DNA of 64,000 nucleotides from Candidatus Uhrbacteria bacterium (GTDB lineage Bacteria; Patescibacteriota; Patescibacteriia; UBA9934; GWF2-40-263): NCBI GenBank assembly GCA_023246355.1, contig JAHFIQ010000002.1, positions 24,333 to 88,332 of the forward strand, read 5' to 3'. Shown piece by piece: positions 18,000 to 28,078 of this stretch (position 1 is its first letter; each line of letters starts with the position of its first letter). The notes under the pieces were generated by a model. It saw only the letters and a program-made list of their open reading frames with translations, ran no database searches and was not told where the DNA came from. The position numbers and the translations under genes were made by a program.

Positions 18000-19539
18000 T
18001 GGTCGGGAGCGATTCGCACGATGCGTGCACCCTGTCGTCTCACGACGATTCGTTTGCACTGCTCGCGCGCTTTCCGAATCCGTTCAGCTTCCTCACGGAG
18101 AGCCTCGGGACTGGTTGTGTGCCATCCATCCGTGTGCGCCAGAGGTCCATGTGACTTGGTGGTGAACATCAGAGTCCTGGAGAGAGGGGGAATGACAGGA
18201 GCTGCAGGCCTGCCTTTGTCGTTCACAGACGGGAACGCCGATTGGGTACGACGTCCTGCTCGCTGTGGTTCAGGTGAAATGGTTCCTCTGACCTACACCA
18301 TGAACAGGCAGCCACGAGAGGGGGCACTGGGGCCCGCACCTCCAAGAGTGGGTTTATCCGTAAGCCGCTTCGTTTTGAACCTGCTGAATGGGTTGATCAG
18401 GCCAATTCGATCAGGCGAAGCGCGTCCTCTGGATCTTGATGCCTGGAACAAACAGCGACCCGAACAGGTACTCGCTGCTCGACCCAAGAACAGATGGACG
18501 ATTGCATCATCAAGCTGTTTTTGGGGAGGACGAGATGCTACGTATAGCACCTCGTCCTCAGGAAGGTGGTGAGAATAAACGACACATCCTCTCACCGTGC
18601 ATGGTCGCCCCTCATCAGGGCGGACGGAAGCGCTTGCGGCGCCGACCATGCTTTTAACCTCTCCGGTTGATGATGACCTCACGGCCACCACCCAGATGGA
18701 GTTCTGTCGCCGGGAGCTACCCCAACTTAGGACACGGGAACCTTCTCAGCTTCCACGCCTGGGTTGTACGGCCCAAACGTGTGGCTGGACGGACCGATAG
18801 GGGAGCTGCCTACCAATCCGTTTTTTTACTCCCTTACGGGAGGAGGCTCTTCAATCCCCGTGAACGCACGCGACGTATGCTCCAGCTTGCTTCCGAGCTG
18901 GGATCAGCAAGGTCGGTCTCGCATGCATGTGGGTGACTCACCCAAACCAACGCGTTGTTTTTGCAGCTTGGTGGCCGCTCAACAACTGACTTCGGGAAGG
19001 TACCAGCTCCCCGACGCGTCTTCCATCAGTCCCCCGCTGAAACAGGGGTGGAATCCACGTGGCGCTACAGATCTGTTGCCAGATCCCCCGAGTGCTGAAC
19101 TCGGAGTTTATACCCGTTACCGGGTTTATCTTCGTGCGTCGACCCAAGGGGCCGGCACACTGGTTGTGCCAAGCACCCAAGAGAAGACATTGCTGTTTCC
19201 TCCCTTCTGTTCACGAGTGTCTCGAGAAGAGAAGGGAAGACCGAACGGATGTTCGGCAGTGGTGTCCGGGTGGGGTCGGCGGAGTCTTATGCAAGAGCGG
19301 GTAGACAAGCCTTGAACACTGATGCTTGAGCGGTGAGCCGTGAGTTCTGAAGGCTATTAAACCCTGAACCCTAGCTTCGCTGTCGCTATCGTTGGCTTGA
19401 TCTTCATGGTTTGCACCATGTAGCGCTTCCCTTGGAAGGGCAGCGTTCCCGCTTGCCGTTTGTTCACCTTTAGAGCCGAAGCTCTTCGGGATCCCATTGG
19501 CTACTTGCAGTCTGAGTACCGCCTTCCCCAAAAGGTTGA
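18000..19539 (-). ncRNA. Candidate large structured non-coding RNA: ORF-free, hairpin-dense, G+C-rich 1.5 kb region (identity unknown)
   Basis: No ORF with credible composition on either strand. Many short perfect stems with tetraloops (e.g. gaggacgag...ctcgtcctc, ccgaagctcttcgg, ctccc-ttac-gggag, ggcacactggttgtgcc). Bounded by a 172-aa ORF and an intrinsic terminator. Confidence 0.25.
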
Positions 19540-20058
19540 CTAGGAGAGGTCGATCTCTACCAGGTTGCGGTGGTTGGCCTCCTCGAGGGTCTCATTGAGC
19601 GCCTCGCACTTTGTCCGCAACTCTGCGAGGAGCTTGACACGCTCAGGCTCGGTGTAGGCCGAAGACCACGTTTCGGTCGTGTGGACCGGACGACGGTGTT
19701 CATCCCACTCGCCAGTGGCGACACGCTGGGGTCCATGTTGGAGGGTGAGACTCGCGACGAAGGTGAGTTCGCCTTTGAGCTCGACCTGGCGACGGATGAG
19801 CTCGGCAAGCGTCACGTCGCGCCCTTGCCAGGTGGCGGTGCTCATGGCATTGCTGCGCGCGATGGCAGTCTCCAACATGACCAGGTTTTCGACTTTGGCC
19901 TTGCGAGCCTCGTCGACGGTGCTGAATTCGAAGTCTTTGCGCTTACCTTCCACCCAGGCCACACAAGCCGTGGCTCGGCGGGTGAGTTCGGCGATTTCGC
20001 CCTTGAGTGACTTGCGAATGCGAAGTGCCTTGGCAATCGAGATACGGGTGGTAGCCAT
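19540..20058 (-). CDS. Hypothetical coiled-coil protein (172 aa)
   Basis: ATG 20058 with GGAG RBS; G+C-rich; no family recognised. Confidence 0.5.
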   Translation of the reverse strand: MATTRISIAKALRIRKSLKGEIAELTRRATACVAWVEGKRKDFEFSTVDEARKAKVENLVMLETAIARSNAMSTATWQGRDVTLAELIRRQVELKGELTFVASLTLQHGPQRVATGEWDEHRRPVHTTETWSSAYTEPERVKLLAELRTKCEALNETLEEANHRNLVEIDLS

Positions 20059-20397
20059 TGGAAACTCCTGAGTCTAGGGGAAAGAGGAAAGGACCGCCCC
20101 AGAAATCTGGCCACAATGACACTGGGGGTTGTCATCGTGATCAGGTTTCTGGGCAACAAAAAACCTGGGCAGAAACAGAGATGTTTCATTGGCCCCAGGT
20201 CTTTTGTTGTTTGTCATCAGGTAATTCCTGTCAACCAGAGTCTGTTTCTTGTATCACGGTGACAAGATAACACAGCCTAAAAAGTCTGTCAAGTGGTCGG
20301 TGATCAAATTTAGATTTTAGAGCTTAACCTAGCAAAAGTTTATTTAAAAAAATGATCTCGATTTTGATTTTTTGTGAAGGTTGCGAAGGGATATCAT

Positions 20398-20426
20398 TGA
20401 CAACCAAACGGTTATTTGCTATAGTG
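20398..20426 (+). promoter_or_regulatory. Consensus sigma70 promoter
   Basis: TTGACA, 17 nt, TATAGT, within an AT-rich upstream region. Confidence 0.55.
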
Positions 20427-20433
20427 CCGCTGC

Positions 20434-20728
20434 GAACGTCGAAAGATGGATCGCTCAACAACAGCCCAACGGGTACGGAGGTGCCCATGTTCTAGTCACA
20501 CTCCAAGCTCCCTGACCCCCACGATCGCACCATCGTGAGTGAAAGGAAGATTCCAAGACCAATAACAGAAGATGTTCGACGACAGTGTAATACCCTGTTT
20601 CATCAAGTCGTCGCAGCCGGATCAAGGTGTCGGCTGAAGAGGTCAAAGGATCAACCAACCACTCATGAGGTGCATCATGTGGTAGGTCTCTCGCACCCGG
20701 CGGCGTTCGCGCTGCCGGTCTTATTTTT
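20434..20728 (+). ncRNA. Candidate small RNA (about 290 nt) defined by promoter and intrinsic terminator
   Basis: Transcript from consensus promoter to hairpin cccggcggcgttcgcgctgccgg plus tcttatttttt; no ORF with RBS; the ORF-track 145-aa ORF runs antisense into the TrmB-like gene. Confidence 0.35.
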
Positions 20729-21464
20729 TACAGGAAGCATCCCATGCTGCATGAAACAATGTGCGCATGGTATCGGCAACGGCCTTGCTTTCCAAAATCA
20801 CGACAACGGGTCGCCCAATGAAGGTCATGAGAGATACGAAGTCTGCGTAAATGGAAATGTCGCTATGAAACTCGCCAAATCGTTCTGCCAGTTTGCAATA
20901 TTCAACATCGTCCCGTTTGTGACGAATGTCTCCACGATGAAGAAGTCGAAGTGTTTTTATGCGCTTCCATGAAACAGCCTTGCGGGAGGACTCGATGGTT
21001 TTTGAATCTAAGTGTGCGTAGACATCGTCCAAATTTGAAATTTCAAACATCGTTTCGGGATTGGCTTTTTTTAGTTGATCAAAATAGGCGGGCATGGCTT
21101 CTTCTCCTTCATAGACCTTGACCAGAGGTTTGAGTCCACCGGCCATGAGCTGAAGGGTTCCGACAAGTTGTTCGATGTCGCTGAGCGTTGTTGAAAATTT
21201 TTGCTGCTCACCTTTGAGGTAGGAGACAATCCGACTTGGGTCTTCTGACGTAAACAAGGTTCGTTTCCCACTCGTGCTTGTGGTCATGAGTCCTCGTTTG
21301 CGCAACAGCTCAATAGCCTCATAAGTGGCGGTGCGGGAGATGTCAGCTTTCTTTGCTATGTTTTGAACCGTCGAAGGGCCTAACTCGAGTGTAGAAAGAT
21401 ATACTTTTGTTTCACTCGGAAGGAGTCCGACGTCTGCAAGTAGTTGTTTTATATCCTTTGGCAT
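20721..21464 (-). CDS. TrmB-like HTH transcriptional regulator
   Basis: N-terminal wHTH (LGPSTVQNIAKKADISRTATYEAIELLRKRGL); immediately downstream of the pilB-like ATPase. Confidence 0.6.
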   Translation of the reverse strand: MPKDIKQLLADVGLLPSETKVYLSTLELGPSTVQNIAKKADISRTATYEAIELLRKRGLMTTSTSGKRTLFTSEDPSRIVSYLKGEQQKFSTTLSDIEQLVGTLQLMAGGLKPLVKVYEGEEAMPAYFDQLKKANPETMFEISNLDDVYAHLDSKTIESSRKAVSWKRIKTLRLLHRGDIRHKRDDVEYCKLAERFGEFHSDISIYADFVSLMTFIGRPVVVILESKAVADTMRTLFHAAWDASCKK

Positions 21465-21470
21465 ATGTTG

Positions 21471-23210
21471 TTATTCTCCCTCTCCAGCGACGCTTAAAAT
21501 TTCATCGACTGTCGTGAGGCCGTCTAATACCTTCAAAACGCCATCTTGCTGCATGGTGACCATACCCTGTTCTTTGGCGAGATTGCGCACTTCGTATTCG
21601 GAGATTTTGTCTGAAAGCGCGCCTTTGATTTGTTCGCTCATGGTGAGGATTTCGTAGATTCCCACGCGGCCTTTGTACCCAGAGTTGTTGCAGGTCGGAC
21701 AGCCTTTGCCTTTATAAAATTTCCATTCGGCTTCGGGTTTCACCACTTCTCCTGAGGCTGGAGGAATTTCAGACGTGACTTTTTTCACAAACGCCATCTC
21801 ACGTTCGCCCAGCGTTGTTTCCTCTTTGCACGACGAACAAATTTTTCGGGTGAGGCGCTGACCGATAATGGCGTTGAGGGCTGGAGCAAGCAGAAACGGT
21901 TTGACTCCCATGGCAATGAAACGGGGGAGCGCGCCGGCCGCGTCATTGGTGTGAAGCGTGGAGAGCATGAGGTGACCGGTGAGTGCTGCGTTGATGGCCA
22001 CTTCGGCGGTTTCGAGATCTCGAATTTCTCCGACCATCACAATGTCCGGGTCCTGGCGCAGGATCGAACGAAGCCCGCTGGCGAACGTATACTCTTTTGC
22101 ATGATCGATCTGCGATTGGTTGATGCCTTCAAGTTTGTATTCAATCGGGTCTTCTAGGGTGATGATTTTTTCATCCGGCGTATTGAGTTTGCGCAAAATC
22201 GCGTAGAGCGTGGTGGTTTTTCCTGATCCCGTCGGACCAGTGGTGATGATCATGCCGTGCGGCTTTTCGATTTCGTGCAACAGCTTTTTTTCTGCAAGAG
22301 GCCGATAGCCAAGCTGCCCGAACTCAACGTTGATGGCGCTGGGTTTCAAAATACGCATGACCACAGACTCTCCCCAGGTCGTTGGGATATTGGAGACACG
22401 GACGTCGGTATCGCCGCTTTTGAGAAAAATCGTGAACCGTCCGTCTTGGGGGCGGTCGGTGACATTGATTTTGAGACCAGAGATGAGTTTGATACGCGCG
22501 ACAATTTTTTTCCAAAAGTCATGAGGAAGCGAGGCGACTTCTTGCAACACGCCATCGATGCGAAAGCGCACAATGATTTTTGTTTGCTCGGCTTCCACGT
22601 GCACGTCTGAGGTTCCAAACTGAAGCGCCGCGGCCATCACAATGGTGATGATGTCCGAGACGCTTGCATGGTCCATGACCTTTTGCACATCCGCGTATTG
22701 TTTCAACTCTGATTGAAATCGCGCGAGTTCATCGTCTGTGACTTTTACCCCTTTCACGGTCTCTTTAATCTGCGGAAGAGAATCGTAGGCTTTGTAGGCT
22801 ACACGGAAACTTTCTTCTGAAATTTTGTAGAGCCCGCCGTTGGCCTTGAGACGTTCTTGTAATTCAAAGAGCAAATCTTTCACGCCTTGAGATTCAGGGT
22901 CCATCGATGCAAGGCGTACTTCAGAACCCATGAACAAAAAGCAGACCGTCTTTAAGGCCTCTGCCCGATCTTTCGGAATCAGACGCAGTGCTTCAGGAGA
23001 AATGGGGAAGCCCTTGAGATTGACGTAGGAGACAGACGAGGATTTTGCGAGAGCCTCTGCCTCGGTTTCCTTTTCCTTCAAGCGCACGGCGTGCATTTTT
23101 TCCTCAAATTTTTCCACGGTGTTGCGTTCCCCAGCCGGTGCAGTGGCTGCGGCCGAATTGGCGCCCGTGTACTTCAAGAGGTCTTCGATAGATTGAATAT
23201 CATTTGGCAT
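21471..23210 (-). CDS. pilB: Type IV pilus / type II secretion assembly ATPase (PilB/GspE family)
   Basis: GPTGSGKTTTLYA Walker A, Asp box, His box, C-terminal CxxC...CxxC. Confidence 0.85.
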   Translation of the reverse strand: MPNDIQSIEDLLKYTGANSAAATAPAGERNTVEKFEEKMHAVRLKEKETEAEALAKSSSVSYVNLKGFPISPEALRLIPKDRAEALKTVCFLFMGSEVRLASMDPESQGVKDLLFELQERLKANGGLYKISEESFRVAYKAYDSLPQIKETVKGVKVTDDELARFQSELKQYADVQKVMDHASVSDIITIVMAAALQFGTSDVHVEAEQTKIIVRFRIDGVLQEVASLPHDFWKKIVARIKLISGLKINVTDRPQDGRFTIFLKSGDTDVRVSNIPTTWGESVVMRILKPSAINVEFGQLGYRPLAEKKLLHEIEKPHGMIITTGPTGSGKTTTLYAILRKLNTPDEKIITLEDPIEYKLEGINQSQIDHAKEYTFASGLRSILRQDPDIVMVGEIRDLETAEVAINAALTGHLMLSTLHTNDAAGALPRFIAMGVKPFLLAPALNAIIGQRLTRKICSSCKEETTLGEREMAFVKKVTSEIPPASGEVVKPEAEWKFYKGKGCPTCNNSGYKGRVGIYEILTMSEQIKGALSDKISEYEVRNLAKEQGMVTMQQDGVLKVLDGLTTVDEILSVAGEGE

Positions 23211-23265
23211 ACAAAAAACCAGGATACGGATCCTAGTTTACACGGGAAGTGAGCCCTTTGCCAAT

Positions 23266-24249
23266 TTAGCGATGCGCGAGGCGCAAAATTTTGGAAAAGA
23301 TTTTTTTGCCGTGCGTTCTATGGAGGCCACGCAGATAAAATTGATGCCAGGCGCTATATTGAAAGGTGACCGCTGCGCCTCCAAAGGCTAGAATGAACCC
23401 GACCAGACACAGTCCAAAGATGGTATTGGCAACCAGAAAAAAGGTGAAGGAGCCAGTTAAGAGAGTCGTGGTAAAAATGAGAGCATAGGGAACCGTGAAC
23501 AGCAGCAGCAGTCCAATAAGGACAAGCCCAGCACCAGCAACCAGCAGAAACAGCAGGAGTCCATACTCAAGCGTGGCAAGCCACTGACGAGCAAAAAGTT
23601 TCCAGCCCGTCGCGATGGCGTCTAATGGATGACGATTGCCATCCACGACGTCGGTGAGTGCAAACATGTAGACGATGTTCACAGCCGTGAGCAAAGGGAT
23701 GAACAGCAAGATAAGCACAAAAAAGAGCGTGGCGGTTTGCTGTGTTGATTGGAGGTAAAAAAGAAACAGAGGAAGCGTCATGAGCATGGTCGCAATTGCG
23801 GTCATGAGTTTGTTCAAGATAGCCAGGACCAAGAGAGGCCAGAAATGCGTTGCCGAGGCCTTCTTGAGTGCGGAGAGGCTTGTGGTTTTTTTCGCCTTCA
23901 GTCCCAGGATGAGCGCTCCCTGAGAGAGCGTAGCCATTACTACCAAGAGCACGCCCACAAGTGTGGCAAGGGTGATGATGCCCATGGCGCGGCTTTGCCC
24001 CAGAAGTTGTAGTTGCTCCAGATACGACGAAGCCGTGGCATATCCCACGAAGGAACTATCCATGAGGCGTGCGAGCAGCGATCCACATTGTTGAACATTC
24101 TTAAAACTTCTGACCACCACATCGACCACGCCACCGGTTGAAATGAGTGCGGCGAAGATACCAAAAACCCACAAGCTTTTTCGCTCCCAGGTAAGGCGCC
24201 AAGCCTCAGCCAACATCGGGCGATAATGCGCTGTGGGTTTTTTTGTCAT
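23266..24249 (-). CDS. Polytopic membrane protein, hypothetical
   Basis: 327 aa, 6-7 TM. Confidence 0.45.
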   Translation of the reverse strand: MTKKPTAHYRPMLAEAWRLTWERKSLWVFGIFAALISTGGVVDVVVRSFKNVQQCGSLLARLMDSSFVGYATASSYLEQLQLLGQSRAMGIITLATLVGVLLVVMATLSQGALILGLKAKKTTSLSALKKASATHFWPLLVLAILNKLMTAIATMLMTLPLFLFYLQSTQQTATLFFVLILLFIPLLTAVNIVYMFALTDVVDGNRHPLDAIATGWKLFARQWLATLEYGLLLFLLVAGAGLVLIGLLLLFTVPYALIFTTTLLTGSFTFFLVANTIFGLCLVGFILAFGGAAVTFQYSAWHQFYLRGLHRTHGKKIFSKILRLAHR

Positions 24250-24269
24250 ATCCTCCTTCTTTTTGTTTT

Positions 24270-26099
24270 CTATGTCGTGACGACAGCCTTTGCTCCCAAG
24301 AGCGTTTCGAATGCTTCTTTTTCGATCGTCTCTTTTGCCACCAGTTCGTTTGCGATCAGATCGAGGGAGGCTTTATCTGTTCGTATGATATCACGGGCGA
24401 CCGTCATGGCGCCATCAACAAGTTTTTGGACTTCCAGATCAATGGCCTCTGCCGTCTTTTCTGAGTAGTTGCGTTGCTCATGGATGTCGCGACCGAGAAA
24501 AATCATTTCTTGATGTTCACCGAAGACGCGAGGACCGAGTGTTTCACTCATACCGTAACGCGTGACGAGTTCTCGGGCGACTCGTGTGCATTTTTTCAAA
24601 TCGTCTGAGGCTCCTGTGGTCACGTCGCCGAAGGTTTCTTTTTCAGAGATAAATCCACCAAGCATGACCGCCATGTCATCAAGAAACGCCGAGCGCTTGT
24701 GAAGACGACGATCTTCACTGGGAAGTTTCAGGGTGTACCCGCCGGCGGATCCACGAGAGATAATGGACACTTTGTGAACTGGATCAGCATTGGGAAGCTT
24801 GTGGGCAACCAGGGCATGCCCGGCTTCGTGGTAGGCGGTGATGTTCTTTTCTTCTTTGTTCATGATGAAACTCTTGCGTTCAGGTCCCAGAAGAACCTTT
24901 TCAATCGAGACGAGGACGTCTTCTTGCGTGACGGTTTTGTCGTTTCGGCGTGCCGTACGGATTGCAGCTTCGTTCATGAGGTTCATGAGGTCGGCTCCTG
25001 AAAATCCAGGAGTGCGTTCAGCCACACGTCGAAGTTCTACATCTGTAGCAAGGGGCTTGTTCTTTGCATGGATCTTTAAAATAGCTTCTCGATCGTTGAT
25101 GTCGGGTAAGTCGATCATCACGCGACGATCAAAGCGACCAGGGCGCAAAAGCGCTGGGTCGAGCACATCAGGACGGTTGGTCGCTGCCATGACAATGACG
25201 CCGATATTTGGATCAAACCCATCCATCTCAACCAAAATTTGGTTCAATGTTTGTTCACGTTCATCGTGGCTTCCGCCGAGTCCTGATCCGCGCTGACGGC
25301 CCACGGCGTCGATTTCATCGATGAAGATAATGCAGGGGGCGGATTTTTTGGCGCGCGAGAACAGATCACGGACACGGCTGGCACCAACACCCACAAACAT
25401 TTCAACGAACTCGGAACCGCTCAGGTGATAGAAGGGAACGGCGGCTTCGCCAGCCACGGCGCGGGCCAAGAGCGTTTTTCCGGTTCCAGGGGAACCCATC
25501 AGGAGCACACCTTTTGGAAGTTTGGCGCCTAAGTCAGAAAACTTTTTTGGGTTCTTCAGAAATTCAACGACTTCGGAGAGTTCTTCTTTTGCCTCCTTCG
25601 CGCCTGCGACATCTTCAAACGTCATTTTTTGTTTGGTGTCTTTGAGTTCACGGGCGTTGCTCATCCCAAAAGACAGAGCCTTATTGTTGGCGCCCTGCAT
25701 TTGGCGAATCATGAAAAAGAAAATGATGACCAACAGCAGCAGCGGCAAAAGCGATGGGAGAATCACGCCCAAAAAGTACGAACGCGTGGAGCGGTCCATG
25801 ACCGTGATGTCTGCCGCTTTCAATTGCTCTGCGGTGAGTCCGTAATCGATCAGAGACTCCGACAAGGACACACTTGATTCTTTGCGGCTGGTTTGTTTGG
25901 TTCCGTCCTTGAGCGTGATCGAGACATCCGAGCTTTCGATTTCGATTTTTTCAACCGTCTGGTTTTGAATTTCATCGACAAGCGTGGAGAGGGTGACTTC
26001 CTCAGGTGTTTGAGTGTTCAAGGTGTAGCTAGAAAAGATCGCTCCCAAAATCAGAATCGTTACAAGCGCGAAGATGATGTTTTTGGAGAGGGGTTTCAT
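24270..26099 (-). CDS. ftsH: ATP-dependent zinc metalloprotease FtsH
   Basis: GSPGTGKT Walker A, AAA SRH, HEAGHA zinc motif, N-terminal TM. Confidence 0.9.
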   Translation of the reverse strand: MKPLSKNIIFALVTILILGAIFSSYTLNTQTPEEVTLSTLVDEIQNQTVEKIEIESSDVSITLKDGTKQTSRKESSVSLSESLIDYGLTAEQLKAADITVMDRSTRSYFLGVILPSLLPLLLLVIIFFFMIRQMQGANNKALSFGMSNARELKDTKQKMTFEDVAGAKEAKEELSEVVEFLKNPKKFSDLGAKLPKGVLLMGSPGTGKTLLARAVAGEAAVPFYHLSGSEFVEMFVGVGASRVRDLFSRAKKSAPCIIFIDEIDAVGRQRGSGLGGSHDEREQTLNQILVEMDGFDPNIGVIVMAATNRPDVLDPALLRPGRFDRRVMIDLPDINDREAILKIHAKNKPLATDVELRRVAERTPGFSGADLMNLMNEAAIRTARRNDKTVTQEDVLVSIEKVLLGPERKSFIMNKEEKNITAYHEAGHALVAHKLPNADPVHKVSIISRGSAGGYTLKLPSEDRRLHKRSAFLDDMAVMLGGFISEKETFGDVTTGASDDLKKCTRVARELVTRYGMSETLGPRVFGEHQEMIFLGRDIHEQRNYSEKTAEAIDLEVQKLVDGAMTVARDIIRTDKASLDLIANELVAKETIEKEAFETLLGAKAVVTT

Positions 26100-26103
26100 G
26101 TGG

Positions 26104-27267
26104 TTATTCGGTTACGATGTCGTTTGATTTTTTCACCTCATCTCCCTTATCCACCTCTTCCACCTTTTCTACCTCTTTTTTCAACGAGAGCCCGAGACGA
26201 TGTTCCTTTGGTTCAATGGAGACAATGCGGAAGGTCATGGTGTCGCCTTCTTTGGCGATCGTGTTTACGTCTGCCACAGGCGTATCAGAAAGTTCAGAGA
26301 CGTGGGCGAGGCCGTGGATTTCAGGATCGAGTTCCACAAAGAACCCAAACGGATTCACTTTGAGGACCTTGCCTTGAACCATATCGTTGACGTGGTAGCG
26401 CTCGCCGACGTTGGCCCAGGGATCAGCCACGAGTTTTTTCATGGACAGGAAGATTTTGCTTCCTTCCAAACCAATGATTTCTGCTTTGACGGTTTGTCCA
26501 ATCTTCAGCAAATCGCGTGGATGATCAATGCGTTGCCAGGCGATCTCGGAGATGTGCACCAATCCTTCAAGCGAATCAAATTTGATGAACGCCCCGAAGT
26601 CGGCAAGCGCGGTCACTTCCCCTTCCACGGTGTCGCCGATCTTGAACTGCGAGAGGACGTTTTTCTGGGCATCTTCCCAAACTGCTTTTTCCGAGACGAT
26701 CAGTTTTTCATCGGTCTCGCTCACATCAATGACGCGGACGGCCATCTTGATGCCGACATAGCTTTTCAGTTTCTCAAGAATTTTGTTTTTGTCCCCGCCG
26801 GTCACACGTGGATAGTGCTCAGGGGAGAGTTGAGAGACGGGCAAGAATCCACTCACGTGATTCACTGAAACAAGCAGTCCACCTTTGTTGGCTTCGATGA
26901 TGGTGGTTTCAATCACTTCACCGGTGGTAAACAAGCGTCGGATTTCTTCCCAGGCTTTTTGCTGACCTGCAAAACGGAACGAGAGTTCGATTTCGCCGTT
27001 TTCGTTTTCCATCTCGATCACTGTGGCTTCAATCTGGGCGCCGGGCTTGAGGTTGGCAAACTGAGAAGACTCCGCGAACAATTCTTTGCCACGAATGACA
27101 CCGGTGGCAATGCCGTCCAAATCCACGCGGATTTCGCGTCGGCCTGTGCCGATGACTTTGCCTTTGACCACTTCGCCAACGGTTGGATAGTGAAGGTAGG
27201 TTCCTTCGTCTAAGAGTTTTTCAAATTCGGTCTGAGCCGGAGCTGTCACAGGTGTCTGTTGAGACAT
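26104..27267 (-). CDS. rpsA: 30S ribosomal protein S1
   Basis: Multiple S1 domains; start re-set to MSQQTPV (ATG 27267). The ORF-track N-extension reads through a repeat element. Confidence 0.8.
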   Translation of the reverse strand: MSQQTPVTAPAQTEFEKLLDEGTYLHYPTVGEVVKGKVIGTGRREIRVDLDGIATGVIRGKELFAESSQFANLKPGAQIEATVIEMENENGEIELSFRFAGQQKAWEEIRRLFTTGEVIETTIIEANKGGLLVSVNHVSGFLPVSQLSPEHYPRVTGGDKNKILEKLKSYVGIKMAVRVIDVSETDEKLIVSEKAVWEDAQKNVLSQFKIGDTVEGEVTALADFGAFIKFDSLEGLVHISEIAWQRIDHPRDLLKIGQTVKAEIIGLEGSKIFLSMKKLVADPWANVGERYHVNDMVQGKVLKVNPFGFFVELDPEIHGLAHVSELSDTPVADVNTIAKEGDTMTFRIVSIEPKEHRLGLSLKKEVEKVEEVDKGDEVKKSNDIVTE

Positions 27268-27297
27268 AATGCGTTTTCCGTGAGATAAGCTACGAGT

Positions 27298-27342
27298 CCT
27301 CCTCCCCTTACTAAGGGGAGGTCGGGAGGGGTCGTAGGGATC
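27298..27342. repeat. Short palindromic repeat element copy in the rpsA 5' UTR
   Basis: tcctccccttactaaggggaggtcgggaggggtcgtaggga matches 17096-17140 with a few substitutions. Confidence 0.6.
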
Positions 27343-27446
27343 CGACGGTGTTAAGAATAATGAACGGTCAGAGTGTAGCGAACGTGTCTGGATTTGGCAA
27401 GTAATCAAGGGAAACAAACAGACTCATTGCAAAACGGGATCGGTCA

Positions 27447-27830
27447 TCAGGTTTTAAGACAGAAGACGTTTAAGCCTGGAATGCCTCGGAAGGCTTTATC
27501 GTCCGTGATCAGTGGAAGGCCGAGTTGAATGGCTGTTGAGGCGATGAGCATGTCTGGAAGACGACGAGGTGGACGTGTGCGAGAAAGTTTTCCTGCTTGC
27601 AGGGCGATGGGGAGTGTGACAGGTAAGATGATGCACGTATCAAAAAACGATTTAATGTCGTCTTCCTCTTTTAAGGACATGCCTCTCAAAGCATAGAGCT
27701 CAGAACAGCTGATGACAGAGATGTGTAAGTTGAATGAATCCAAAACGGAAGGGTGAATCCTTCCGTTGATGACACCGATACAGAAGTTTGTATCAATCAA
27801 AACAGGTTCGAGCATATTTAGGAACCCCAC
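27447..27830 (-). CDS. vapC: PIN-domain toxin (VapC-like)
   Basis: LIDTNF ... ITDD acidic residues typical of PIN. Confidence 0.55.
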   Translation of the reverse strand: MGFLNMLEPVLIDTNFCIGVINGRIHPSVLDSFNLHISVISCSELYALRGMSLKEEDDIKSFFDTCIILPVTLPIALQAGKLSRTRPPRRLPDMLIASTAIQLGLPLITDDKAFRGIPGLNVFCLKT

Positions 27831-28021
27831 AGCTGCTTTCGTAGTCGATTCAGTTGTGTCTTTGTGATCGGATTTGCGCGGCGGATTCCGTACAGACGCT
27901 TGAGGGATTCTTGCTGGCCTTCTTGTTTTGATTTTTTGTTCGGTAATCCAAAAACTCGCTCAATTGTTCGAAGGCGGTGCTCAACACGAGATATTTTTTT
28001 GGTCATTTCAAGCGTGTTCAT
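27818..28021 (-). CDS. Putative antitoxin (VapB-like) upstream of the PIN gene
   Basis: 67-aa basic ORF overlapping/abutting the PIN start. Confidence 0.4.
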   Translation of the reverse strand: MNTLEMTKKISRVEHRLRTIERVFGLPNKKSKQEGQQESLKRLYGIRRANPITKTQLNRLRKQLWGS

Positions 28022-28078
28022 ATTTCACGTTTAGTGTATCAGAAGTTCAAGAAGCAGGAAACGTCGCGTTTCATCACA

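Noticed and set aside
18000-19539. Possible rRNA, RNase P RNA, tmRNA or group II intron identity for the 1.5 kb ORF-free region
   Set aside because: None of the universal signatures I checked are present on either strand. These were 16S GTGCCAGCAGCCGCGGTAA, the 23S sarcin-ricin AGTACGAGAGGACC and GGATGCCTTGGC, the RNase P P4 AGGAAAGTCCGGGC, a tmRNA tRNA-like 3' end with a resume frame ending in TAA TAA, and a group II domain V GAGCCGTAT...GAAA. Identity therefore left open.
20535-20972. 145-aa plus-strand ORF from the six-frame track
   Set aside because: It runs through an intrinsic terminator and lies antisense inside the well-supported TrmB-like gene. It has no RBS and odd composition, so it is spurious.
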